Shown in pieces: positions 19,804-38,775 of a DNA stretch of 64,000 bases. Position 1 is the stretch's first letter; every line of letters begins with the position of its first letter. Position numbers and translations under genes: made by a program. A model generated the notes under the pieces. The model worked only from the letters and a program-made list of their open reading frames with translations, was not told the origin of the DNA and did not search any database. This DNA comes from a phage. Location of the stretch: NCBI GenBank assembly GCA_021683455.1, contig GCA_021683455.1_3051.1, one strand, 5' to 3'.

Positions 19804-21350
19804 GTAACAATACATATCAGCACGTATCAAATGAATCAAAATACGTTAAATTCGATCCTGCAGGATCGAATTTTCCTGACACTGTCACGACAGTGCAGTC
19901 AGCATTATCAAAAATAAGTAATATCGGCGTAAATGGTATTCCTGATGCAACTATGGAAGTTAAAGGAATAGCAATGATTGCATCGGAGCAAGAGGTTTTA
20001 GATGGAACTAATAATTCTAAAATCGTTACACCAGCTACATTAGCAACAAGATTATTGTATCCAAATGCTACTGAAACTAAATATGGATTAACACGCTATT
20101 CAACAAATGAAGAAACTTTAGAAGGCTCAGATAATAATTCATCAATAACGCCACAAAAACTGAAATACCATACTGACGATGTATTCCAAAATAGGTATTC
20201 ATCTGAATCATCAAATGGAGTTATTAAAATATCATCTACTCCTGCGGCTTTGGCTGGAGTTGATGATACTACGGCGATGACTCCGTTGAAAACCCAAAAA
20301 CTCGCAATAAAATTAATTTCGCAAATAGCTCCTTCAGAAGACACAGCATCAGAATCTGTTAGAGGTGTAGTTCAGTTATCAACTGTCGCTCAAACTCGTC
20401 AAGGAACTCTCCGCGAAGGATATGCAATTTCTCCGTATACCTTTATGAATTCTGTTGCAACACAAGAATATAAGGGTGTTATACGTTTAGGAACACAATC
20501 AGAAATTAACAGTAATTTGGGAGATGTTGCAGTAACAGGTGAAACATTAAATGGTCGAGGAGCTACCGGTTCTATGCGTGGGGTAGTAAAATTAACGACG
20601 CAAGCCGGTATTGCCCCTGAAGGTGATAGCTCTGGAGCATTAGCATGGAACGCAGATGTAATTAATACTCGCGGTGGACAAACTATTAATGGTTCTTTAA
20701 ATTTAGATCATTTAACAGCAAATGGAATTTGGTCGCGCGGCGGAATGTGGAAAAATGGCGATCAACCTGTTGCCACTGAAAGATATGCGTCCGAAAGGGT
20801 TCCAGTTGGAACTATTATGATGTTTGCTGGAGATTCAGCTCCTCCTGGTTGGATTATGTGCCACGGCGGAACCGTGTCAGGAGATCAATATCCTGATTAT
20901 AGAAACACGGTTGGAACAAGATTTGGTGGTGATTGGAATAACCCTGGCATTCCTGATATGCGAGGTCTTTTCGTCAGAGGAGCTGGCACGGGCGGTCATA
21001 TTTTAAATCAACGAGGGCAAGATGGTTACGGGAAGGATAGACTTGGTGTAGGATGTGACGGAATGCATGTTGGCGGTGTTCAAGCACAACAGATGTCATA
21101 CCATAAACATGCTGGCGGTTGGGGAGAATACCAAAGACATGAAGCTCCATTTGGCGCGTCTGTTTATCAAGGATATCTTGGAACTAGAAAATATGCCGAC
21201 TGGGATAATGCTTCATACTTCACTAATGATGGATTTGAATTAGGTGGACCGAGAGATGCCCTTGGTACACTTAATCGTGAAGGATTAATTGGTTATGAAA
21301 CTAGACCATGGAATATATCATTAAACTATATTATTAAAATTCATTACTAA
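19800..21350 (+). CDS. 12: gp12, short tail fibre (516 aa)
   Basis: Synteny and size (T4 gp12 is 527 aa). Confidence 0.85.
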   Translation: MSNNTYQHVSNESKYVKFDPAGSNFPDTVTTVQSALSKISNIGVNGIPDATMEVKGIAMIASEQEVLDGTNNSKIVTPATLATRLLYPNATETKYGLTRYSTNEETLEGSDNNSSITPQKLKYHTDDVFQNRYSSESSNGVIKISSTPAALAGVDDTTAMTPLKTQKLAIKLISQIAPSEDTASESVRGVVQLSTVAQTRQGTLREGYAISPYTFMNSVATQEYKGVIRLGTQSEINSNLGDVAVTGETLNGRGATGSMRGVVKLTTQAGIAPEGDSSGALAWNADVINTRGGQTINGSLNLDHLTANGIWSRGGMWKNGDQPVATERYASERVPVGTIMMFAGDSAPPGWIMCHGGTVSGDQYPDYRNTVGTRFGGDWNNPGIPDMRGLFVRGAGTGGHILNQRGQDGYGKDRLGVGCDGMHVGGVQAQQMSYHKHAGGWGEYQRHEAPFGASVYQGYLGTRKYADWDNASYFTNDGFELGGPRDALGTLNREGLIGYETRPWNISLNYIIKIHY

Positions 21351-22817
<1,467 letters not shown>

Positions 22818-22848
22818 CATGGGGCCGCAAGGCCCTAAAGGATTTTAA

Positions 22849-24550
<1,702 letters not shown>

Positions 24551-24591
24551 TAAATATTATAAACTAATTAAAGCCCAGATTAGGAGAAATC

Positions 24592-27732
<3,141 letters not shown>

Positions 27733-27760
27733 TATTAAAGCATATTAAAGAGGATTAAAA

Positions 27761-29740
27761 ATGACTTTATTATCTCCGGGCATTGAGCTCAAAGAAACTA
27801 CGGTTCAAAGCACCGTGGTTAATAACTCTACTGGTACAGCAGCTTTGGCCGGTAAATTCCAGTGGGGTCCTGCTTTTCAGATTAAACAGGTTACAAATGA
27901 AGTAGATTTAGTTAATACTTTTGGTCAACCAACCGCTGAAACTGCTGACTATTTTATGTCTGCGATGAATTTCTTGCAGTACGGAAATGACTTACGAGTA
28001 GTTCGTGCTGTTGATAGAGATACCGCTAAAAACTCATCGCCAATTGCTGGTAATATTGAATACACAATTTCTACCCCAGGTAGTAACTATGCAGTTGGAG
28101 ATAAAATCACGGTCAAATATGTTTCAGATGATATTGAAACTGAAGGTAAAATTACTGAAGTAGACGCAGATGGAAAAATTAAGAAAATTAATATTCCTAC
28201 TGCAAAAATTATTGCTAAAGCTAAAGAAGTTGGCGAATACCCAGCATTAGGTTCTAACTGGACTGCAGAAATTTCTTCATCTTCTTCCGGTTTAGCTGCA
28301 GTAATAACTCTTGGAAAAATTATTACTGATTCCGGTATTTTATTAGCTGAAATCGAGAGCGCTGAAACTGCTATGACAGCAGTTGATTTTCAGGCAAATC
28401 TTGAAAAATATGGAATTCCAGGAGTAGTAGCTCTCTATCCAGGCGAATTAGGCGATAAAATTGAAATTGAAATCGTATCTAAAGCTGACTATGCGAAAGG
28501 CGCTTCTGCATTACTCCCAATTTATCCAGGTGGTGGTACTCGTGCATCTACTGCTAAAGCGGTGTTTGGATATGGACCACAAACTGATTCACAGTACGCT
28601 ATTATAGTTCGTCGTAATGATGCTATTGTTCAAAGCGTTGTTCTTTCAACTAAGCGTGGCGAAAAAGATATTTACGATAGTAACATCTATATCGATGACT
28701 TTTTCGCAAAAGGCGGCTCAGAATATATTTTTGCAACTGCACAAAATTGGCCAGAAGGCTTCTCTGGAATTTTAACTCTGTCTGGTGGATTATCATCAAA
28801 TGCTGAAGTAACAGCAGGAGATTTGATGGAAGCTTGGGACTTCTTTGCTGACCGTGAATCTGTTGACGTTCAACTGTTTATTGCGGGTTCTTGTGCTGGT
28901 GAATCTTTAGAAACAGCATCTACTGTCCAAAAACATGTTGTTTCAATCGGGGATGCTCGTCAAGATTGCTTAGTATTGTGCTCACCACCACGTGAAACTG
29001 TAGTTGGAATTCCTGTAACTCGCGCTGTTGACAACTTAGTCAACTGGAGAACTGCAACAGGTTCATACACTGATAATAACTTTAATATCAGTTCAACATA
29101 TGCAGCAATTGATGGTAACTACAAATATCAGTATGACAAATATAATGATGTGAATCGTTGGGTTCCATTAGCAGCTGATATTGCTGGTTTATGCGCAAGA
29201 ACTGATAACGTATCTCAGACTTGGATGTCTCCAGCTGGTTATAATCGTGGCCAGATTCTTAACGTTATTAAACTTGCTATTGAAACTCGCCAAGCTCAGC
29301 GCGACCGTTTATACCAAGAAGCTATTAACCCAGTAACTGGTACAGGTGGCGATGGTTACGTATTGTATGGTGATAAAACAGCTACTTCTGTTCCTTCTCC
29401 ATTTGATCGTATTAACGTTCGTCGTCTGTTTAATATGTTGAAAACGAATATCGGACGTAGTTCAAAATATCGTTTGTTCGAATTAAACAATGCGTTTACT
29501 CGTTCATCATTCCGCACAGAAACTGCCCAGTACTTACAGGGAATTAAAGCTCTCGGTGGAATTTATGAATATCGTGTAGTTTGCGATACAACAAATAACA
29601 CTCCGTCAGTAATTGATAGAAATGAGTTTGTTGCAACATTCTACATCCAACCGGCTCGTAGTATAAATTATATCCAACTTAATTTCGTCGCAACTGCTAC
29701 TGGTGCAGATTTCGATGAGTTAACTGGTCTTGCAGGTTAA
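27761..29740 (+). CDS. 18: gp18, contractile tail sheath protein (659 aa)
   Basis: Size identical to T4 gp18; synteny. Confidence 0.95.
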   Translation: MTLLSPGIELKETTVQSTVVNNSTGTAALAGKFQWGPAFQIKQVTNEVDLVNTFGQPTAETADYFMSAMNFLQYGNDLRVVRAVDRDTAKNSSPIAGNIEYTISTPGSNYAVGDKITVKYVSDDIETEGKITEVDADGKIKKINIPTAKIIAKAKEVGEYPALGSNWTAEISSSSSGLAAVITLGKIITDSGILLAEIESAETAMTAVDFQANLEKYGIPGVVALYPGELGDKIEIEIVSKADYAKGASALLPIYPGGGTRASTAKAVFGYGPQTDSQYAIIVRRNDAIVQSVVLSTKRGEKDIYDSNIYIDDFFAKGGSEYIFATAQNWPEGFSGILTLSGGLSSNAEVTAGDLMEAWDFFADRESVDVQLFIAGSCAGESLETASTVQKHVVSIGDARQDCLVLCSPPRETVVGIPVTRAVDNLVNWRTATGSYTDNNFNISSTYAAIDGNYKYQYDKYNDVNRWVPLAADIAGLCARTDNVSQTWMSPAGYNRGQILNVIKLAIETRQAQRDRLYQEAINPVTGTGGDGYVLYGDKTATSVPSPFDRINVRRLFNMLKTNIGRSSKYRLFELNNAFTRSSFRTETAQYLQGIKALGGIYEYRVVCDTTNNTPSVIDRNEFVATFYIQPARSINYIQLNFVATATGADFDELTGLAG

Positions 29741-30385
29741 TTGATTATGGGGCTTCGGCCCCTATTCTCGAGGAAACAAGTGATTATTTCTAAGTTTGTT
29801 ACAATAAAACCAAGAAATCATTCAAAAATGTGGTCGACAATTCTGGGATATAAAGTATCATATCATGATACAGTATCTGTTCCAATAGAATTAATGCCAA
29901 AGAATAGTAATAAAATAGTTGACGCTAAATGTGATTTGTGTGGTACTAAATTTAGTAGAAGCATTCAACTTTTAAATAGAACACCCACACATGCGTGTAG
30001 AAAATGTAGCATTAAACAAGTTGCTATTAAAAATTCGGAAGTTCAATCTGGAATAAGCAGACCATGGCAAAGAGGTGATAAACATCCTCGATGGACTGGC
30101 AAAAGAAAAGAGTTTGCATTATATGCTAGTAGAGTTCATTCTATAACTAAGTCAGCTAAAATAAGAAAAATCTGGTCAAAATGGCCAAATGCTGATAAAA
30201 TAGGAGTGTGTGGCGTAGAAGGTGCTTACCAACTCGATCATAAAGTATCTATCAAATATGGATTTGATAATTTAATTCCGCCGGAAATTATAGCAAGCGT
30301 AAAAAATTTAGAAATAATCACTTGGGAATCTAACCGAGAAAAGTCAAAAAGAAATAGCGTAGATCTTTGGGATTTACTAGAATGA
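29741..30385 (+). mobile_element. Free-standing HNH homing endonuclease inserted between genes 18 and 19
   Basis: N-terminal Cys-rich motif (CDLCGTKF..CRKC); C-terminal HNH-like motif (QLDHKVSIKYGF..NLEIITWESNREK); track ORF start spans the terminator hairpin, so the real start is probably near 29780 (GTG with GAGG SD) or 29828 (ATG). Confidence 0.7.
29749..29762 (+). terminator. Stable UUCG-tetraloop hairpin after gene 18 (attenuator or RNA stability element)
   Basis: GGGGC-TTCG-GCCCC perfect stem-loop just after the gene 18 stop; weak T-run. Confidence 0.45.
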
Positions 30386-30470
30386 TTCTAAAGGCCTGTT
30401 TCGGCAGGCCATATAAATACACTATATCCTTAATTCTTTAATTCTATATGCCCTAGGTTAAACATAGGGA

Positions 30471-30478
30471 TATAAATA
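30471..30478 (+). promoter_or_regulatory. Late promoter TATAAATA for gene 19
   Basis: TATAAATA 15 nt upstream of the gene 19 ATG. Confidence 0.6.
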
Positions 30479-30492
30479 CTACAGAGGCTAAT

Positions 30493-30984
30493 ATGTTTGT
30501 AGATGATGTAACACGAGCGTTTGAATCTGGTGATTTTGCTCGACCTAACTTATTCCAAGTAGAAATTTCTTATCTTGGACAAAATTTTACGTTCCAATGT
30601 AAAGCCACTGCTTTACCAGCTGGTATTGTAGAAAAAATTCCAGTCGGATTTATGAACCGTAAAATTAACGTGGCAGGCGATCGTACATTCGATGACTGGA
30701 CTGTTACAGTAATGAACGATGAAGCTCATGATGCTCGCCAGAAGTTTGTTGATTGGCAAAGCATTGCCGCAGGACAAGGAAACGAAATTACTGGTGGAAA
30801 ACCTGCAGAGTATAAAAAGAGCGCTATTGTTCGTCAATATGCTCGTGATGCTAAAACAGTAACAAAAGAAATTGAAATTAAAGGTCTGTGGCCTACTAAC
30901 GTGGGTGAACTTCAATTAGATTGGGATTCAAACAATGAAATCCAAACCTTTGAAGTAACTCTTGCTCTCGATTATTGGGAATAA
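30493..30984 (+). CDS. 19: gp19, tail tube protein (163 aa)
   Basis: Size identical to T4 gp19; synteny. Confidence 0.95.
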   Translation: MFVDDVTRAFESGDFARPNLFQVEISYLGQNFTFQCKATALPAGIVEKIPVGFMNRKINVAGDRTFDDWTVTVMNDEAHDARQKFVDWQSIAAGQGNEITGGKPAEYKKSAIVRQYARDAKTVTKEIEIKGLWPTNVGELQLDWDSNNEIQTFEVTLALDYWE

Positions 30985-31016
30985 AATGAATGGGGAGAAA
31001 TCCCCATCCTGCTTAA

Positions 31017-32641
<1,625 letters not shown>

Positions 32642-32642
<1 letters not shown>

Positions 32643-32878
32643 TGGAAGGTTTAATTGAAGCTATTAAATCAAACGACCTCGTAGCCGCTCGTAAATTATT
32701 TGCTGAAGCCATGGCTGCAAGAACGACTGATTTAATCAAAGAAGAAAAAATCACTATCGCTCGTAATTTCTTAATTGAGGGTGAAGAACCTGATGACGAG
32801 GATGACGACGAAGATAGCGATGATGATAAAGACGACAAAAAAGACAAAGACTCTGACGAAGACGAGGATGATGAATAA
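32642..32878 (+). CDS. 67: gp67, prohead core protein with acidic C-terminal tail
   Basis: Small protein with a poly-Asp/Glu tail between 20 and 68, as T4 gp67. Confidence 0.85.
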
Positions 32879-33303
32879 TGATTCTAATCCCTGAAACTCA
32901 TGAATTAGTTCTCGAGAATGTCGAAGCACTTATTCCTGAAGCACAGGGTCGCTTTGACGAGTTGTCTTCTGCTTTAAATAAAGACGATATAAATAAAATT
33001 ATCGAGAATATGCTTGATGATGAAACTGATTTAGCGGTTGCATTAGCTTCTATTAATGAAAATATGCCGTTAAATGAATTTATCGTTAAACATGTTTCTG
33101 CCCGTGGTGAAATTACTCGCACTAAAGATCGCAAAACCCGCGAACGTAATGCATTTCAAACTACCGGGTTGTCTAAAGCAAAACGTAGACAAATTGCTCG
33201 TAAAGCTACCAAAACGAAGATTGCCAATCCAGCAGGTCAATCTCGTGCTCAGCGTAAGCGTAAAAAAGCTCTTAAACGCCGTAAAGCATTAGGATTAAGC
33301 TAA
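32878..33303 (+). CDS. 68: gp68, prohead core protein (141 aa)
   Basis: Size identical to T4 gp68; synteny. Confidence 0.85.
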   Translation: MILIPETHELVLENVEALIPEAQGRFDELSSALNKDDINKIIENMLDDETDLAVALASINENMPLNEFIVKHVSARGEITRTKDRKTRERNAFQTTGLSKAKRRQIARKATKTKIANPAGQSRAQRKRKKALKRRKALGLS

Positions 33304-33941
33304 TGAATGAACCCCAATTGCTAATTGAAACTTGGGGTCAACCTGGCGAAATTATTGATGGTGTGCCAATGCTTGAATCCCATGATGGGAAAGACTTAGG
33401 TTTAAAACCTGGTTTATACATCGAAGGAATATTCATGCAAGCAGAAGTCGTCAATAGAAATAAACGTCTTTATCCAAAACGTATATTAGAAAAAGCGGTA
33501 AAAGACTATATTAATGAGCAAGTTTTAACTAAACAAGCTCTCGGAGAATTAAATCATCCTCCACGCGCTAATGTTGACCCAATGCAAGCCGCTATCATTA
33601 TAGAAGATATGTGGTGGAAAGGAAATGACGTATACGGACGAGCTCGTGTTATTGAAGGTGACCACGGTCCTGGAGATAAATTAGCAGCTAATATTCGTGC
33701 CGGATGGATTCCAGGAGTTTCTTCTCGTGGATTAGGTTCATTGACTGACACAAATAAAGGTTATCGTATCGTAAACGAAGGATTCAAATTAACTGTAGGT
33801 GTTGATGCAGTATGGGGTCCAAGTGCTCCAGATGCATGGGTAACTCCTAAGGAAATTACCGAATCACAGACGGCGGAAGCCGATACAAGTGCCGATGACG
33901 CCTATATGGCTCTCGCAGAGGCCATGAAAAAAGCGTTATAA
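33303..33941 (+). CDS. 21: gp21, prohead core scaffold protease (212 aa)
   Basis: Size identical to T4 gp21; synteny 68-21-22-23. Confidence 0.9.
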   Translation: MNEPQLLIETWGQPGEIIDGVPMLESHDGKDLGLKPGLYIEGIFMQAEVVNRNKRLYPKRILEKAVKDYINEQVLTKQALGELNHPPRANVDPMQAAIIIEDMWWKGNDVYGRARVIEGDHGPGDKLAANIRAGWIPGVSSRGLGSLTDTNKGYRIVNEGFKLTVGVDAVWGPSAPDAWVTPKEITESQTAEADTSADDAYMALAEAMKKAL

Positions 33942-33944
33942 ATA
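33937..33944 (+). promoter_or_regulatory. Late promoter TATAAATA for gene 22
   Basis: TATAAATA about 28 nt upstream of the gene 22 ATG. Confidence 0.55.
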
Positions 33945-33971
33945 TTATTATCTAAACAACAGGACTACAAA

Positions 33972-34781
33972 ATGCTTAAAGAACAACTGATTGCCGAAGC
34001 GCAGAAAATTGATGCTTCCGTTGCTCTTGATAGTATTTTCGAATCAGTTAATATTTCTCCGGAAGCAAAAGAAACTTTCGGCACTGTATTCGAAGCTACC
34101 GTCAAGCAGCACGCCGTTAAATTAGCTGAATCTCATATCGCTAAAATTGCTGAAAAAGCAGAAGAAGAAGTAGAAAAAAATAAAGAAGAAGCAGAAGAAA
34201 AAGCTGAGAAGAAAATCGCTGAGCAAGCTTCTAAATTCCTTGACCATCTTGCAAAAGAATGGCTCACTGAAAATAAATTAGCAGTAGATAAAGGCATCAA
34301 AGCCGAACTGTTTGAATCCATGCTTGGTGGATTGAAAGAGCTCTTCGTTGAACACAACGTTGTTGTTCCAGAAGAATCAGTTGATGTTGTAGCTGAAATG
34401 GAAGAAGAACTGCAAGAACATAAAGAAGAATCAGCTCGTCTGTTCGAAGAACTCAATAAGCGTGACGCATATATCAATTATGTGCAGCGTGAAGTGGCAT
34501 TGAGCGAAAGTACTAAAGATCTGACTGAGTCTCAAAAAGAAAAAGTCTCTGCTCTGGTCGAAGGTATTGATTATTCAGATGCATTCTCAAGCAAATTGAG
34601 TGCCATCGTAGAAATGGTGAAGAAATCTAATAAAGATGAAAGCACTATTACTGAGAGTATAAATACTCCTGATACTGAAGCAGCCGGACTGAATTTCGTC
34701 ACTGAAGCTGTAGAAGATAAATCTGCGCAAGGTGCAGAAGATATTGTAAGTGTATATGCGAAAGTCGCATCTCGTTTCTAA
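33972..34781 (+). CDS. 22: gp22, prohead core scaffold protein (269 aa)
   Basis: Highly charged alpha-helical protein; size identical to T4 gp22. Confidence 0.9.
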   Translation: MLKEQLIAEAQKIDASVALDSIFESVNISPEAKETFGTVFEATVKQHAVKLAESHIAKIAEKAEEEVEKNKEEAEEKAEKKIAEQASKFLDHLAKEWLTENKLAVDKGIKAELFESMLGGLKELFVEHNVVVPEESVDVVAEMEEELQEHKEESARLFEELNKRDAYINYVQREVALSESTKDLTESQKEKVSALVEGIDYSDAFSSKLSAIVEMVKKSNKDESTITESINTPDTEAAGLNFVTEAVEDKSAQGAEDIVSVYAKVASRF

Positions 34782-34799
34782 TTTTAAAGGTTAACACAA

Positions 34800-36365
34800 A
34801 TGACTATCAAAACTAAAGCTGAACTTTTGAACAAATGGAAGCCATTACTGGAAGGTGAAGGTTTACCGGAAATTGCTAATAGCAAACAAGCGATTATCGC
34901 TAAAATCTTTGAAAACCAGGAAAAAGATTTCCAGACAGCTCCGGAATATAAAGACGAAAAAATTGCTCAGGCATTCGGTTCTTTCTTAACAGAAGCTGAA
35001 ATCGGTGGTGACCACGGTTACAATGCTACCAACATCGCTGCAGGTCAGACTTCTGGCGCAGTAACTCAGATTGGCCCAGCTGTTATGGGTATGGTACGTC
35101 GTGCTATTCCTAACCTGATTGCTTTCGATATTTGCGGTGTTCAGCCGATGAACAGCCCGACTGGTCAGGTATTCGCACTTCGTGCGGTATATGGTAAAGA
35201 CCCAATCGCTTCCGGCGCTAAAGAAGCATTCCACCCAATGTATGGTCCAGATGCAATGTTCTCTGGTCAGGGTGCTGCTAAGAAATTCGCTGCTTTGAAA
35301 GCAAGTGATACTCTTGAAGTTGGAACTATTTACACCCACTTCTTCCAGGACACTGGTACTGTGTATCTGCAAGCTACAGAAGCTAAACAAATTGATTCAG
35401 GCGCATCTGACGCAGCTAAATTAGATGCTGAAATTAAGAAACAAATGGAAGCAGGTGTACTGGTAGAAATCGCTGAAGGTATGGCTACTTCTATCGCTGA
35501 ACTCCAGGAAGGTTTTAACGGTTCTACCGATAACCCATGGAATGAAATGGGCTTCCGTATCGATAAGCAAGTTATCGAAGCTAAATCTCGTCAGCTGAAA
35601 GCTGCTTACTCTATTGAATTAGCACAAGACCTCCGCGCTGTTCATGGTATGGATGCTGATGCTGAACTGTCTGGTATTCTGGCTACCGAAATTATGCTGG
35701 AAATCAACCGCGAAGTTGTTGATTGGATTAACTACTCCGCTCAGGTTGGTAAATCTGGTATGACCCTGACTCCGGGTTCTAAAGCTGGTGTATTCGACTT
35801 CCAGGACCCAATCGATATTCGTGGTGCTCGCTGGGCGGGTGAATCCTTTAAAGCTCTGTTGTTCCAGATTGACAAAGAAGCAGTTGAAATTGCTCGTCAA
35901 ACCGGTCGTGGTGAAGGTAACTTCATTATCGCTTCCCGTAACGTAGTTAACGTTCTGGCTTCAGTTGATACCGGCATTTCTTATGCTGCACAAGGTCTGG
36001 CTACCGGCTTTAACACTGATACTACCAAGTCAGTATTTGCTGGTGTTCTGGGTGGTAAATACCGTGTATATATCGACCAGTATGCTAAACAGGATTATTT
36101 CACTGTAGGTTATAAAGGTCCGAACGAAATGGATGCTGGTATTTACTACGCTCCATATGTAGCTCTGACTCCACTGCGTGGTTCTGATCCGAAGAACTTC
36201 CAACCGGTAATGGGGTTCAAAACTCGTTACGGTATCGGTATCAACCCATTTGCAGAATCCGCTGCTCAGGCTCCGGCTTCTCGCATTCAGAGTGGTATGC
36301 CTTCTATCCTGAACAGCCTTGGTAAGAACGCTTACTTCCGCCGTGTATATGTTAAAGGTATCTAA
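34800..36365 (+). CDS. 23: gp23, major capsid protein precursor (521 aa)
   Basis: N-terminus MTIKTKAELLNKWKPLLEGEGLPEIANSKQAIIAKIFENQ matches my recall of T4 gp23; 521 aa. Confidence 0.97.
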   Translation: MTIKTKAELLNKWKPLLEGEGLPEIANSKQAIIAKIFENQEKDFQTAPEYKDEKIAQAFGSFLTEAEIGGDHGYNATNIAAGQTSGAVTQIGPAVMGMVRRAIPNLIAFDICGVQPMNSPTGQVFALRAVYGKDPIASGAKEAFHPMYGPDAMFSGQGAAKKFAALKASDTLEVGTIYTHFFQDTGTVYLQATEAKQIDSGASDAAKLDAEIKKQMEAGVLVEIAEGMATSIAELQEGFNGSTDNPWNEMGFRIDKQVIEAKSRQLKAAYSIELAQDLRAVHGMDADAELSGILATEIMLEINREVVDWINYSAQVGKSGMTLTPGSKAGVFDFQDPIDIRGARWAGESFKALLFQIDKEAVEIARQTGRGEGNFIIASRNVVNVLASVDTGISYAAQGLATGFNTDTTKSVFAGVLGGKYRVYIDQYAKQDYFTVGYKGPNEMDAGIYYAPYVALTPLRGSDPKNFQPVMGFKTRYGIGINPFAESAAQAPASRIQSGMPSILNSLGKNAYFRRVYVKGI

Positions 36366-36380
36366 TCTTTGACGATTTAA

Positions 36381-36399
36381 GGGACCTTCGGGTCCCTTT
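36381..36399 (+). terminator. Intrinsic terminator after gene 23
   Basis: gggacc-TTCG-ggtccc hairpin followed by a T-run. Confidence 0.6.
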
Positions 36400-36413
36400 A
36401 GTTGTTTTTATGG

Positions 36414-36421
36414 TATAAATA
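36414..36421 (+). promoter_or_regulatory. Late promoter TATAAATA for gene 24
   Basis: TATAAATA about 28 nt upstream of the gene 24 ATG. Confidence 0.6.
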
Positions 36422-36448
36422 AATCATATAAACTGAAAGGAAAGCGCA

Positions 36449-37732
36449 ATGGCTAAAATCAACGAACTTCTGCGCGAATCAACCACAACGAATAGCAACT
36501 CAATCGGTCGCCCAAATCTCGTTGCTTTGACTCGCGCTACCACTAAATTAATATATTCTGACATTGTAGCAACGCAAAGAACTAATCAACCTGTTGCTGC
36601 TTTTTATGGTATCAAATACCTTAACCCAGACAACGAATTTACATTTAAAACTGGTGCTACTTATGCTGGCGAAGCTGGATATGTAGACCGAGAAAAAATC
36701 ACAGAATTAACAGAAGAGTCTAAATTAACTCTCAATAAAGGCGATTTATTCAAATATAATAATATCGTTTATAAAGTATTAGAAGATACACCATTTGCTG
36801 ATATTGAAGAAAGTGATTTAGAATTAGCTCTTCAGATTGCAATTGTTCTTTTAAAGGTTCGTCTATTTTCTGACGCAGCGTCAACAAGCAAATTTGAAAG
36901 CTCTGATAGTGAAATTGCGGATGCTAGATTCCAGATTAATAAATGGCAAACCGCAGTTAAATCTCGTAAACTTAAAACTGGTATCACGGTTGAATTAGCA
37001 CAAGATTTAGAAGCAAATGGATTCGATGCTCCTAATTTCTTAGAAGATTTGCTTGCAACTGAAATGGCAGATGAAATCAATAAAGATATTCTGCAGTCTT
37101 TGATTACAGTATCAAAACGTTATAAAGTTACAGGAATTACTGATACTGGATTCATTGATTTGAGTTATGCATCTGCACCTGAAGCTGGTCGTTCATTATA
37201 CCGAATGGTATGCGAAATGGTTTCGCATATCCAAAAAGAATCAACTTATACAGCAACGTTCTGTGTTGCTTCTGCTCGTGCCGCTGCGATTCTTGCTGCA
37301 TCTGGTTGGTTAAAACATAAACCAGAAGATGACAAGTATCTTTCACAAAATGCCTATGGGTTCTTAGCTAATGGTTTACCGCTTTATTGCGATACTAACA
37401 GCCCATTAGATTATGTAATCGTTGGCGTAGTAGAAAATATCGGTGAAAAAGAAATTGTTGGATCAATTTTCTATGCTCCGTATACAGAAGGTCTCGACTT
37501 AGATGACCCTGAACATGTAGGTGCATTTAAAGTTGTGGTTGATCCAGAAAGCTTACAACCGTCTATCGGTTTATTAGTTAGATATGCTTTATCTGCAAAT
37601 CCTTACACCGTAGCAAAAGATGAAAAAGAAGCAAGAGTAATTGATGGTGGAGACATGGATAAAATGGCGGGTCGTTCAGATTTGTCCGTTTTATTAGGTG
37701 TTAAGCTACCAAAAATTATCATTGATGAATAA
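36449..37732 (+). CDS. 24: gp24, capsid vertex protein (427 aa)
   Basis: Size identical to T4 gp24; gp23 paralog position. Confidence 0.95.
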   Translation: MAKINELLRESTTTNSNSIGRPNLVALTRATTKLIYSDIVATQRTNQPVAAFYGIKYLNPDNEFTFKTGATYAGEAGYVDREKITELTEESKLTLNKGDLFKYNNIVYKVLEDTPFADIEESDLELALQIAIVLLKVRLFSDAASTSKFESSDSEIADARFQINKWQTAVKSRKLKTGITVELAQDLEANGFDAPNFLEDLLATEMADEINKDILQSLITVSKRYKVTGITDTGFIDLSYASAPEAGRSLYRMVCEMVSHIQKESTYTATFCVASARAAAILAASGWLKHKPEDDKYLSQNAYGFLANGLPLYCDTNSPLDYVIVGVVENIGEKEIVGSIFYAPYTEGLDLDDPEHVGAFKVVVDPESLQPSIGLLVRYALSANPYTVAKDEKEARVIDGGDMDKMAGRSDLSVLLGVKLPKIIIDE

Positions 37733-37738
37733 AACAAA

Positions 37739-37759
37739 GGGACCGAAAGGTCCCTTTTT
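37739..37759. terminator. Bidirectional terminator between convergent gene 24 and rnlB
   Basis: gggacc-GAAA-ggtccc hairpin flanked by A-run and T-run. Confidence 0.6.
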
Positions 37760-37761
37760 AT

Positions 37762-38766
37762 TTAGCTCACCAACTCAATCCAAGCCGGACGAAGTACATC
37801 TTGTACCATTTTAACTAATTCCTTTTTAACCAAAGAAGGATTATCTGCTTGAGTTAGAGCAATACCTTCACGAGAAGTTTCTTCCAAAATATCTTGGACA
37901 GTTAGCCCCATCACCTTTCCAAAATCCTTTGGACCAATTTCGCCAATTTTAGAAATAACGTTATTTACTCGGTTCAGTGTAACGTAACAAGCTAAAATTC
38001 CCACCAATTTGTTATCAGCTTCTGACAATTCAACTTTAGCTTTAATAGGCTTATCAGACTTTTTCTTTTCACTAAATTTAGAATTCTTGCATTTGATGGC
38101 TACACGATTGCGATTAGGCAGCCAAGAAGGATAACAAGGTTTCAATACATATCCTTCAGCGGTAAATACTTCGCCTTTGGCTTCGGCATTCCAAACGCAT
38201 TTATTTGCATCAACTAATCCAGCATGGTCTACTGTAAAATTATAATCTTGGATGACAGAATCTAAATCATTTGGCAATTTAATAAGCTCTTCAAATTTAC
38301 CGCGACCTAAAAGTGGAGCGATTTTAAACCCAAATGAATTACAGAATGATTCCATCATATAATCATCGACATAAGTCACATCACCACTTTCTGTAGTGAC
38401 AATAATGTCAAATACATAAAAATCTTTATCACCATAATCAACATTCTTCTGAATGCCAGGTCCAGCGAATTCGCCAAAGACTTGATAAGATACAACCGCT
38501 GAAGTTTCCATAATATCTTGTACTGCTTTAATGGAATCAGCGTAATTTTTTAGAATAATTTCATACCCAAAGAAATCTTCAGCAGGAAGAATCGGTCCAG
38601 TACGTTTAGCGCAAGTTACTTTATCACGCTCAATAATCAATGAGAAATTTGTGCCGTGAATCTTTTCACGAGCTACCCATTCGCCGCCAGTCAATCCCAA
38701 GCTATAAAGTTTTTCAATAAATTTAGAGTTGTAATGATTTTCAAGACTGCTATACTTTTTAAACAT
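37762..38766 (-). CDS. rnlB: RNA ligase 2 (Rnl2, 334 aa)
   Basis: Nucleotidyltransferase lysine motif KIHGTN; 334 aa as T4 Rnl2; synteny after gene 24. Confidence 0.9.
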   Translation of the reverse strand: MFKKYSSLENHYNSKFIEKLYSLGLTGGEWVAREKIHGTNFSLIIERDKVTCAKRTGPILPAEDFFGYEIILKNYADSIKAVQDIMETSAVVSYQVFGEFAGPGIQKNVDYGDKDFYVFDIIVTTESGDVTYVDDYMMESFCNSFGFKIAPLLGRGKFEELIKLPNDLDSVIQDYNFTVDHAGLVDANKCVWNAEAKGEVFTAEGYVLKPCYPSWLPNRNRVAIKCKNSKFSEKKKSDKPIKAKVELSEADNKLVGILACYVTLNRVNNVISKIGEIGPKDFGKVMGLTVQDILEETSREGIALTQADNPSLVKKELVKMVQDVLRPAWIELVS

Positions 38767-38775
38767 AATTAATCC

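Noticed and set aside
32780-32878. Poly-Asp/Glu low-complexity run that could look like a simple-sequence repeat
   Set aside because: It is the acidic C-terminal tail of a prohead core protein, a known feature of this protein class, not a repeat element.
34133-35390. Long antisense ORFs (114 aa and 134 aa) inside genes 22 and 23
   Set aside because: Embedded antisense in highly expressed, well-identified late genes; typical frame artefacts.
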